From: Eledone cirrhosa
Taxonomy: Eukaryota
NCBI GenBank assembly: GCA_964016885.1
Contig: OZ024754.1
Span: 45,756,001 to 45,820,000 of the forward strand
Direction: 5' to 3'
Length of the DNA stretch: 64,000 nucleotides
Of this stretch, positions 33,690 to 46,116 are shown piece after piece. Both the position numbers and the translations under genes were made by a program. The stretch's first letter is position 1, and the number at the start of each line of letters is the position of its first letter. The notes under the pieces are model-generated. The model saw nothing but the letters and a program-made list of their open reading frames with translations, was not told where the DNA came from and made no database searches.

Positions 33690-34800
33690 TATTAAATATT
33701 TATACTCTGTTTTCCATTCTTTGGTTCTTTGCTAGATATATCTGCTGCAACTCAGAAGATATTTTATAGTTTACTTGTTGAAAATATCTAACACCATTTC
33801 CCTGTGTCTGTGATGAATATATTCGTTATATGCCAGATTTCGTACAGTCTCTTCTAAATGAAGTTATTGCTTTTCTCGTTTATTTTTCTGTCAAGTCTTG
33901 ATAATTCATTTGGCGCAAGAGTTGAGAATATTATAAATTTAACTTATTACTGGATCAGATACAGTATTGACGCCTATTAACATGTTTTGTATTTAGCTTT
34001 CTATGAATAATTAATCTAATGCATCTATAATATTCCTTCCTGAGCTTTTCTTATATTTATGTTATGTAGGCTGTCTAGCTCATGGAAATGCCTGTATGTA
34101 TGTGTATGTGTATATATCTGTGTATTATTAGTACATTACTTTCCTAGTCTTCATCTATTTGGTTTAGCTGTCTTATCTCTTTGTTAGTATCAGACATGTC
34201 ATCAGTGTTCTTAATTTCATTTCCCTCTTCAAGATGGTATTCGTACATTTCATTGTACCTGAATCACATCAATTTCTCTACTAATTGAATGTACTGATAG
34301 CAGTAAAGTTCATTTAGATTTTGGTCTGCTGTCTTTATATAGATGATTCCATTCAGTTAGTAAACCTATCTTGGTTAGATCCGGCTTAACATGTTAGATA
34401 AAAGACTTAGCGTTATGTAGAGATGTGTTTGGAATAGGGACTCCCCTTCTACTTTTCCTGTTCTTATAGAAGAATATCTGTTATTTTACCATGCCATCTT
34501 TTGTCTATAACTGCAGGATTGTTTGTCATTAATCCATGACGTGATCCAATGTATCAGTATTGGTGCCACCTTAAATATGGGGAATACCTCTAGAACCGAC
34601 CACTGAGGAGACAGTCAAACGTCTCCTCTCAGTCCATCCATGTAATACACTAACATTTGTTTTACAATCTTCGCTAATGATGATCAATTAAATATCTTTT
34701 CTTAAGGAAATTCGGTGTCTTTATTTGTTTTTTGTTTGTTTGGTTTGTTTTTAAGACATTTATTTATCTCAAACGATTGTGTTGGTGACAAGATGCTGAA
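33690..34800 (-). pseudogene. Highly decayed R4/Dong-like non-LTR retrotransposon RT region
   Basis: Minus-strand pieces in expected order: IFKVAPILI, GESLF..LY.TL.LLSNML, EKLRKEYYRCIRLII..KLN, NMLIGVNTVSDPVIS, NELSRLDRK. They resemble the recalled R4/Dong motif EYxxRxxxIxxxxLN..NKIxAINxxAxPVxxY...ELxxLDRKTRK. Confidence 0.6.
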
Positions 34801-35721
34801 CTTTCTCTGTGGATCGCAGTAACTATCAAAGACCTGCAGCTGTCCATCCTCTAAGTCTCACTTCTCAGCGTCACCTCTATTGACCGAGAGAAGGCCAAAG
34901 ACCAATACAGTTTGTCACCGTTATTATCACAGGAGACACCAGAACTGAAATAAGTCTTGTACTGCTTTAACATTGCTTGAAGACTTTCTTTTAGGTGTGG
35001 TATAACTGCAAAGCACTACATGAACAGGTTTTCAAGACTGACAAGTTTGACCCACCTGTAGTATTAGTTTTACCATACCAGCACACGCCTTTTTCCAATT
35101 TTCCTGTTAGTGGCAACAGTCGCGGCGAGCTTAGTGACTAAGGTGTACAAGAAAGCCATGAGTTGGACTTGGCTGTCAGAATACTTTGAAACTTGTGTTA
35201 AGTACATTTATAGAAAACATGTAAACCAAGAATTCATTCTACATTCATTAGTATTAATGAAATGTATAGAACAGACTGCTGTCATGTGAAATAATATCCA
35301 AACAGATATGTTATAAATTTCTTAAACAACGTGATATTTAAAATAACAGAAAATATGTAATAATATTTACAATTTCAAATATCTTTTGCAACGTTTATAT
35401 GACATACAAAACAGATATTTATCAGAATCAGAAATGAATAGAATTACATGTGTGTCAAAGATTAAGATGATTACACACCCACACATACACACACACATAT
35501 TTTACATCTCTGTGTGTATATATATATATATATATTTATTTATATATATACACACACAAACAGACAGAGTGATGTAAATCCCGACCGTGGCGCCAAGTGG
35601 TCTCAGGATTGTGTACTTCCATTATTAGTCTATGATTACTGTTGTCTCCAGTCTCAGAACCGCAGAGAGAGAAAGAATGAGAGATAGATAGAGAGAGTGA
35701 GAGCCTCTATCTCTCTCTCTG

Positions 35722-35784
<63 letters not shown>

Positions 35785-35829
35785 TGGTGAAGTGACGGAC
35801 GTGGGAATATATTCTCCATACTGTAGTTT

Positions 35830-36052
35830 AATAATGATTTCTACTATAGACACACGTCCAGCAATACTGGTGAGGGAATAGTTGATTAAATCGGCCCCAG
35901 TGCATTACTGGTACTTTATTGTATCGACCTAGTAAGGGTGAAAGGCAAAGCTAACCTCGGCAGGATTTGAACTCGGACCGTAAAGGGTCGTAACTCTATG
36001 CTGCAAAGCATGGTGCCCGACGTTCTACCGATACTGCTAATCCACTGCCCTG
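35830..36052 (-). mobile_element. tRNA-derived SINE, full length
   Basis: Tail, core ggtgaaaggcaaagctaacctcggcaggatttgaactc, and head ctaatccactgccct. Confidence 0.9.
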
Positions 36053-36287
36053 AAGTAGTTTAATAATCTTTATTAAGGCTGAGGTGAAAGTCGTGTTGCT
36101 GTTGAGTGTCACCCGTATTCACAGAATGATCAGACAAGGCAATGTTGGGTGTTGATCATGTAAGAACCAAGGTAAAACTCCGGAGAAACAAGACGCTTCA
36201 CGTAACCAGAATAAATATTCTCTCTATATATATATTTGTATATATATATACTGTATATATATATATATGTGTGTATATATATATATT

Positions 36288-36352
<65 letters not shown>

Positions 36353-36388
36353 AGTAAGAATATTTTCGAAACAGCGAGTTGATTTGAA

Positions 36389-36567
36389 ATTATTAGAAAT
36401 GTTAGCTATCGCCGTATTTTGACTAAAGCAATTAAAGAAATTATTTAGCCTTGTACGTCAATACTCATCTTTTTCCATTTCTCCAAGGGTTCTTAACCCC
36501 ACTATCAGGCTAAATAATTTCTTTAATTGCTTTAGTCAAAATATGGCGATAGCTAACATTTCTAATA

Positions 36568-36569
<2 letters not shown>
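36389..36569. repeat. Inverted repeat with 63 bp arms and 55 nt spacer inside a TA-flanked island
   Basis: 36389-36451 versus 36507-36569, one mismatch (gccgtat / atatggc). Confidence 0.93.
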
Positions 36570-36602
<33 letters not shown>

Positions 36603-36665
36603 TATATTTGTGATTTAACACTTCACTGCTAGCAAATGTTTTTTAAGCTTCATATTATGTCTCCC

Positions 36666-36736
36666 TATTTTATCTGATGAGAACGCAAATATCATCCCAT
36701 GATGATATTTGTTTTTGAAATGCGCATAATAAAATA
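36666..36736 (+). ncRNA. Type I hammerhead ribozyme, structurally complete
   Basis: Stem I tattttat/ataaaata (8 bp perfect); CTGATGA 36674-36680; 16 bp stem II gaacgcaaatatcatc(ccat)gatgatatttgttttt with one mismatch and two G-U pairs; GAAA 36717-36720; palindromic stem III ATGCGCAT; AUA triplet with predicted cleavage after 36728. Confidence 0.88.
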
Positions 36737-36857
36737 CATGGAACTCTTTTAACCATCTTTTGATCTTATATTATTTATACTCCAGTCCTATAGAGTGTTG
36801 AGTGCTACTTATCCGATATTTGCATTGCTTTATTGAGCTGCAATACATCTTACCTCC

Positions 36858-36888
<31 letters not shown>

Positions 36889-36893
<5 letters not shown>

Positions 36894-37005
36894 AACGAGT
36901 AGGACCCCAGGGGTCCTACTCGTTCCTATTACCCACTCTACTACCCTAAGTATTGAGTACTTTGGTGCGTTATGTTCCACCTGGTTCCTTACCACATTTC
37001 CTCCG

Positions 37006-37008
<3 letters not shown>
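36889..37008 (+). mobile_element. Family-A short element beginning at the predicted ribozyme cleavage site, with a 20 bp terminal fold-back
   Basis: ataggaacgagtaggacccc-a-ggggtcctactcgttcctat is a perfect hairpin. The body 36910-37008 matches 41369-41467. TA arrays on both sides. Confidence 0.85.
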
Positions 37009-37040
<32 letters not shown>

Positions 37041-37083
37041 GTACACATACATATATTTTTATATATATACTGTACACACACAC

Positions 37084-37130
<47 letters not shown>

Positions 37131-37328
37131 TATTGAAGTTTGCTTGAAGCATTGTGGAATAATAAGGTAAATTTCTTTAAGTCGTTTGGAAGCCTCGACA
37201 ATGCAGATGGGTAAATCTCCGGGTAACAAGATCCGGTGGTGGAGAGAGATATGTAAGTGGGTGTACGTTGAGATGCGTGGCGTGTAGAAGACTGTAGCGT
37301 GTAGAATGTAGGAAAGAGCGTAAAGGAT

Positions 37329-37382
<54 letters not shown>

Positions 37383-37839
37383 CATAGAGAAGGAGAGTGA
37401 TATATACATTTGTGCGTGTTCTTGTATATATATAGATAGATAGGAGGATAGCGTGATAGACAAATTGATAGATAGATAAAAGAAATTTTCCTCGTCAATA
37501 AATATTTTATCGCGTATATAAATGTATTGCCTGACAATGCTGTAACCGGCAGAAATCAATGGTACTTCCACAGCAGCGTCAACATTTCCCTTATCGTTAC
37601 TTACCTCTTCATCTCCTTTTTTCTTCAAGAGAGTTGATGACATATCAAATGTCAGTTTGCTTAGAAATACGAAGAAATAAAACTATTTTTCTCTGCATAT
37701 GCGAGAGATCGGAAATGTTAACATTTTCACTTTCTTTAAACCAAACGTTAAAGATTTTCCTTCATTCGGAATAACACTACAGAAAATATGTCGCCTCAGA
37801 ATTCTTCATAGTAAAAACATTTGCTGTTGAAATAAGAAA

Positions 37840-38030
37840 ATAATGGTTTCTGATTTAGGCACAAGGCCAGGAAATGAGTACATAATAAAACAATAATTTA
37901 AACTTTGGGAAGAAGGGGAAGTAATTTAGGGAAGTGAAAGGTTGATTGTACTGACCTTAGTATTTGACTTTTACTTTAATTAACCAAAGACGATGATAGG
38001 AAAATTTGATCTTAGAACATAAAGGGCTGG
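37840..38030 (-). mobile_element. Old diverged SINE copy
   Basis: Tail ggtttctgatttaggcacaaggccag and weak core/B-box remnants. Confidence 0.55.
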
Positions 38031-38109
38031 AACCGATATATATCTATAAATGTATTATAATATATAATATAATATAATACATATATATATATATATGTGT
38101 GCGTGTGTG

Positions 38110-38327
38110 TTGGTGTAAAGGGTAGACAGAAATAACAACACAATCAGTACAGTATATGGAAGGGATATATTAGGTTAACGCTTGATATAACAGGAAGAGC
38201 GTCTTAACGTTTCAGACGCTAGTCCTTCGTCTATGGTCATAAACGGAACAAACGTGGTAGCCAAGGTTTCAAAGCCCAATTTTGACCACACTTCCAGAGG
38301 GAATAAGAATTGTAACCTATTTTCAAT
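38110..38327 (-). mobile_element. Family-B hammerhead-bearing short element (homologue of ~30570-30690)
   Basis: Minus strand reads TAGACGA-A-GGAC(tagc)GTCT-GAAA-CGTT-aagac, then caagcgttaacctaatatatcccttccatatact, matching caagctttaaactaatatatttctttcatgtact at 30623-30656. Confidence 0.7.
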
Positions 38328-38445
38328 ATATATATATATATATATATATGAGAAGAATTGAGTGCTGCGTGGTTGCACATGGGTTACATATGAATAAAAT
38401 TAGTCCTTCATCAGTGATTTTCCCACATTCATTGGTATTTCATCG

Positions 38446-38498
<53 letters not shown>

Positions 38499-38583
38499 CA
38501 GAGAGACAGAGACAATGGAGATATCTCTATATTTCATAGGTTGAGTGGTCTCTCGGCTTTGAATATTCCTTTCGAAACTACTC

Positions 38584-38622
<39 letters not shown>

Positions 38623-39409
38623 CGGGCGAATGTTTGTGTGTGTATTAAGAGGAAGTGTTTAGTTTATATATATGGATATTCTTGCATTTGTCTCATTATA
38701 ATATCAATGTAAAGATTATCGTTTGTTATACACACTTGCATACCAATACAGCTTAAATATATAAAAAAAAATCCCACAACGACAAAAGTCCAGACGCCAC
38801 GCAGTCTTTTTTCTCTGTGTTCTTATAAATCTAAACATTTGGTTCTATTCAAGTATACAAAAGGTCACAACGTGCACAATATAAACATAAAATACGTAAA
38901 TACGTAGTAGTCGTTCAGGTTTGTATTTGAATATATTTTCCCTACAGACCAGTAGATAAAGCTGTTTACTTCTATCTTCGCAGATATTTTGGAAATCTCT
39001 TCATAAAAGCGTCTCTATCTTTGGAGATATAATTGTTCTTATATGTTTTGGTAGTTCCATCCGTTTCTGTTGATAATGATGATGTTGCTGTCGTCTTTAT
39101 TTGTTGACTGTCGTTGTTATTGTTGGTGGGGGGTGTAGTAGTTGGTCTCACGGTATTGTTTTTGTGGATGGTGGTCGATTTGGTGTCGTTGTTACTAGTG
39201 GTATTGATTATGTAGGTGGTTGTCGATGTTGTTAATAGTAATGATGGTGTAAGTGGTGATAATAATGGTTCTATTGATCCTGATGGTATTGGTGATAGCA
39301 GTATGTGGTGGGGGCTAATGAATTTGGCGGTGGTACTAATGGTGATTGCGTGGTTTGTGAGACAGTGAGACAACAACAAGAAGGTGAGTTACCGACACAT
39401 TATATATAT

Positions 39410-39440
<31 letters not shown>

Positions 39441-39455
39441 ATATATATATATATA

Positions 39456-39644
39456 TAATTGTTTCTACTTTAGGCACAAGGCCAGCAATTACCAGTGCAT
39501 TACTGGTACTTTATTTTATCGACCCCGTAAGGATGAAAGGCAAAGTCAACCTCGGCGGGATTTGAACTTAGATCGTAAAGGGACGTAACTATGCTGGAAA
39601 GCATGGCGTCCGACTCTCTACCGATAGTGCCAATCCACCGCCCT
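39456..39644 (-). mobile_element. tRNA-derived SINE, left arm of a head-to-head inverted pair
   Basis: Full SINE in reverse orientation. Confidence 0.93.
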
Positions 39645-39661
39645 TGAAATATATATATATT

Positions 39662-39850
39662 GGCGGTGGATTGGCAGTATCGGTAGAGGGTCGGACGCCA
39701 TGCTTTCCAGCATAGTTACGTCCCTTTACGATCTGAGTTCAAATCCCGCCGAGGTTGACTTTGCCTTTCATCCTTACGGAGTCGATAAAATAAAGTACCA
39801 GTAATGCACTGGTTAATTGCTGGCCTTATGCCTAAAGTAGAAACAATTAT
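39662..39850 (+). mobile_element. tRNA-derived SINE, right arm of a head-to-head inverted pair
   Basis: Full SINE: tggcagtatcgg (A-box-like), gagttcaaatcc (B-box), core, tail. About 6 differences from the left arm. Confidence 0.93.
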
Positions 39851-39931
39851 ATATTTATATATATTATATATATTTATATATATTATATATATTTATATAT
39901 ATTATATATATATATATATATTTATATATAT

Positions 39932-39962
<31 letters not shown>

Positions 39963-40052
39963 ATATATATATATATATATATTATATATAAAATTATACA
40001 TATATATTATATATATATTATATATATATATATATTATATATATATTATATA

Positions 40053-40097
<45 letters not shown>

Positions 40098-40115
40098 ATT
40101 ATATATAAATATATA

Positions 40116-40159
<44 letters not shown>

Positions 40160-40316
40160 ATATATATTATATATATTATATATAAATATATATATATTAT
40201 ATATATATATATATATTATATATATATATTATATATAAATATATATATATTATATATATATATATATTATATATATTATATATATATATATTATATATAT
40301 ATATATATATTATATA

Positions 40317-40380
<64 letters not shown>

Positions 40381-40407
40381 ATATATATTATATATATATA
40401 TATATAT

Positions 40408-40460
<53 letters not shown>

Positions 40461-40531
40461 ATATATATTATATATATTATATATATATATATTATATATT
40501 ATATATATATATTATATATATATATATATAT

Positions 40532-40584
<53 letters not shown>

Positions 40585-40612
40585 ATATATTATATATATA
40601 TATATATATTAC

Positions 40613-40685
<73 letters not shown>

Positions 40686-40706
40686 ATATATATTATATAT
40701 ATATAT

Positions 40707-40738
<32 letters not shown>

Positions 40739-40740
40739 AT

Positions 40741-40775
<35 letters not shown>

Positions 40776-40875
40776 ATATATATATATATATTATATATAT
40801 ATATATTATATATTATATTATATATATATATATATATTATATATATATATATATATTATATATATATATATATAT

Positions 40876-40930
<55 letters not shown>

Positions 40931-41008
40931 ATATATATTATATATATATATTATATATATATATTATATATATATATATATTATATATATATATATATTA
41001 TATATATA

Positions 41009-41076
<68 letters not shown>

Positions 41077-41147
41077 ATATATATATTATATATTATATAT
41101 ATATATTATATATATATATATATATATTATATATTATATATATATAT

Positions 41148-41179
<32 letters not shown>

Positions 41180-41185
41180 ATATAT

Positions 41186-41219
<34 letters not shown>

Positions 41220-41243
41220 ATTATATTATATATATATATATAT

Positions 41244-41298
<55 letters not shown>

Positions 41299-41324
41299 AT
41301 ATATATTATATATATATATATTAT
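39851..41324. repeat. ~1.5 kb (TA)nT array
   Basis: Direct reading. Confidence 0.97.
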
Positions 41325-41467
41325 ACGGCTTGAGAAACAGCTATAGAAACGGCTTGAGCTCAGCCGTCGGGGTCTTACTGGTTCCTATTACCCACTCTAC
41401 TACCCCAAGTATTGAGTACTTTGGCGCGTTATGGTCCACCTGGTTGCTTACCACATTTCCTTCGTTA
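41325..41467 (+). mobile_element. Family-A short element with the 3' half of a hammerhead
   Basis: agaaacagctata-GAAA-CGGCT(tgagctc)AGCCG-TC/ggggtc: canonical GAAAC...GUC stem III, truncated within stem II. TA arrays on both sides. Confidence 0.82.
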
Positions 41468-41483
41468 TTATATATATATATAT

Positions 41484-41515
<32 letters not shown>

Positions 41516-41516
41516 A

Positions 41517-41561
<45 letters not shown>

Positions 41562-41609
41562 TTATATATATATATATATTATATATATATATATTATATA
41601 TATATATAT

Positions 41610-41658
<49 letters not shown>

Positions 41659-41664
41659 ATATAT

Positions 41665-41697
<33 letters not shown>

Positions 41698-41897
41698 ATT
41701 ATATATATATATATTATATATATATATATATTATATATTATATATATATATATATTATATATTATATATATTATATATATTTATATATATATATATTATA
41801 TATATTTATATATATATATATTATATATTATATATATTTATATATATATATATTATATATATATATATATATATTATATATATTTATATATTATATA

Positions 41898-41942
<45 letters not shown>

Positions 41943-42227
41943 ATATATATTATATATATATATATATATATATTATAAATATTTATATATATATATTATA
42001 TATATTTATATATATATATTATATATATTTATATATATATATTATATATATTTATATATATATATTATATATATTTATATATATATATTATATATATTTA
42101 TATATATATATTATATATATTTATATATATATATTATATATATTTATATATATATATTATATATATTTATATATATATATTATATATATTTATATATATA
42201 TATTATATATATATTATATATATATAT
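41468..42227. repeat. (TA)n array between two tail-to-tail family-A elements
   Basis: Direct reading. Confidence 0.97.
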
Positions 42228-42420
42228 AACAAAGAAATTGTGGTAAGGAACCAGATGGACAATAACGCACAGAGTACTCAATACTTATGGTAGTAGAGTG
42301 GGAAATAGGAAAAAGTATGACCCCGACGGCAGAGCTCGAGCCGTTTCGACGGCTATTTCTGTCCAGAAATAGCCGTCGAAACGGCTTGAGCTCTGCCATC
42401 GGGGTCATACTTTTTCTTCT
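42227..42420 (-). mobile_element. Family-A short element with a 52 bp fold-back centred on hammerhead stem II
   Basis: 42309-42360 and 42365-42416 are inverted with 2 mismatches around the loop gtcc. The minus strand reads GAAA-CGGC(tcgagctct)GCCG-TC/ggggtc followed by the family-A body. Confidence 0.87.
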
Positions 42421-42438
42421 ATATATATATATATATGA

Positions 42439-42519
<81 letters not shown>

Positions 42520-42666
42520 TATATATATTTATTTATATATATAAATAAATATATATATATATATATATAAATAAATATATATATATTTATTTATATATAT
42601 AAATAAATATATATATATATATAAATAAATATATATATATATATTTATTTATATATATATAAATAA

Positions 42667-42707
<41 letters not shown>

Positions 42708-42739
42708 TATTTATATATATATAAATAAATATATATATA

Positions 42740-42781
<42 letters not shown>

Positions 42782-42795
42782 AATATATATATATT

Positions 42796-42875
<80 letters not shown>

Positions 42876-42877
42876 AA
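42421..42877. repeat. (TA)n array with TAAA/TTTA blocks in both orientations
   Basis: Direct reading. Confidence 0.95.
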
Positions 42878-43549
42878 ATATTAAAAAAATAATGAATAAA
42901 ACAATGAAACAGTTCCTTATATTAAACAAAAAAAGTTCATTATTTAACGATCGTTTCTAGGATATATATGTGTTAGAATTGGCATGCATATTCAACAGAT
43001 CTATGTACAAAATTATACAAAATTATACAAACTATCAAGATGAAATATATATACCAACACATATATGCCGTCTTCAGAAATAATGAAATATATTTATTGA
43101 TAATAACAACAATTCAAAATTACAGGTCTGTTTGGGAACAGAGTTCAAATTGACCAATGAAAACACAAAAAGTTTATACAGTTAGGTGTGTGTATATATG
43201 TAAGTGACTTCGTTCACAGATATGCATAAAAATATATATATATTCACATGCATACGCATGCCGAAAAGATGTATGTAAATACAAAAATTCAAGGCTAATA
43301 TCTCTGTATGTTTATAATCTACAGATAAAATACCTATACGCATATAAATATAAAAAATAACAAAATAAAAAAATAAATATATACACACATTCATATACTC
43401 ACACATATACGTACATTCACACACACACGCGCGTATACCGAAAGTGATTTTTCATTGCATCTCTTCTTTCCATGATATCCGGACTACATTGAGTTCTTCA
43501 TACGGATTGGACACTACCGTAAACTCTTGGTAGATTTATCTACATAATT

Positions 43550-43649
43550 TATATATATATATATATTTATATATTTATATTTATTTATATATATATATAT
43601 ATATTTATTTATATATATATATATTTATTTATTTATTTATTTATATATA

Positions 43650-43732
<83 letters not shown>

Positions 43733-43867
43733 TTATTTATATATATATATATATACTTATTTATATATACTTATTTATATATATATATATATACTTATTT
43801 ATATATATATATTTATTTATATATATATATACTTATTTATATATATATATTTATTTATATATATATA

Positions 43868-43926
<59 letters not shown>

Positions 43927-43975
43927 TTATTTATATATATTTATTTATATATATATATTTATATTTATTTATATA

Positions 43976-44006
<31 letters not shown>

Positions 44007-44215
44007 TTATTTATATATATATATATTTATTTATATATATATATATTTATATATATATATATTTATTTATATATATATATATTTATTTATATATATATAT
44101 ATTTATATATATATATATTTATTTATATATATATATATATTTATTTATTTATATATATATATATATATTTATTTATATATATATATATATATTTATTTAT
44201 ATATATATATATATA
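43550..44215. repeat. (TA)n/TTTA array
   Basis: Direct reading. Confidence 0.95.
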
Positions 44216-44639
44216 ATGTTCTAACTAGTTTTAAACTGAATCCATCCCGATATATATATATATATATTTCATCTTACTTACGTATACCACTTTCCACACT
44301 ATATATATTTATACATATGTGCGTGTTTGTGTGTGAGTCTGACATATATATTGACATCACATGGCAATAATGTTGTGATTGTAACCAGATATCTCACTAC
44401 TGCATGAGATAAAATAGAAACAGGATGCCTGAATGGAAATATCCTGTAATATTGTAATATATATTATCACGTGTGATATTCTTCTCTCTATAGTACGTAG
44501 GACTTGTTGCTTGCGAACAGGTAAAATATGACAAAATACACCACAGAATATTTCATGGCCTATTGGCATCATATTTACCTAATTATGTTTTCATATCAGT
44601 AAGTGATGTTATGGATTTACTGTTTTCTATATGTGCATG

Positions 44640-45293
<654 letters not shown>

Positions 45294-45457
45294 CTTGTGC
45301 GTTTGTGTATGTCTAAAATAGCCTGCCGTTGTATGTAGCTATTCCATTCGTGCGTTTCTTTTTAACTATCTCTCTATATAAGAATCTGAATCACATTATG
45401 TCACGTACACTCCACTGGTGATATTATTTTATTATATATATTTATATACAAATATAC

Positions 45458-45544
<87 letters not shown>

Positions 45545-45901
45545 GTATGTTTGAAGAACTATTAGATAAAATATATACAGTATTTCCTCTCCCTAGTCCG
45601 TATAAATCAACCACATAAACATCATTTAGACGAGGCTATGTACTTGTATCTGTGACTATGTCTAATTATGTATATATACCCCTTTGAATTTAATATATAT
45701 ATATATAAATATACATATATACACATACATAAATTCATATGTTTTCCAGGATTACAAGCTGGTATCAATAAACCAGAATTGTTATCAATATATTCACGAT
45801 TGAATATGTCAGTGTTCGATTGCTCTTGAAAATTCATCTTCATAGTATAACAATTATTTTTATTAGACACCAGAATGTTTATTGTATTGTAAATATAATA
45901 C

Positions 45902-46116
45902 AGTGGATTGGCAGGATCGGTAGAGCAACGGACACGTTTTATGGTATAGGGTTACACTGTTTTACGCCCTTTATGATCAAATCCTGAAGGGGTTAGCTTT
46001 GCTTTTCATCCTTACGGGGTCGATAAAATAAAGTACCAGTATTGCATTGAGATCGAATTAATTCACTTTCCCCTCCCCCAAAATTGTAGCTCTTGTGCCT
46101 ATATCAGAAATCAATA
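45902..46116 (+). mobile_element. tRNA-derived SINE, full length, diverged
   Basis: gtggattggcaggatcggtagagc head, core ttttcatccttacggggtcgataaaataaagtaccagt, tail gtgcctatatcagaaatc. Confidence 0.88.

Noticed and set aside
43030-43085. Minus-strand CTGAAGA plus a weak hairpin
   Set aside because: GAAA absent; the stem relies on G-U pairs.
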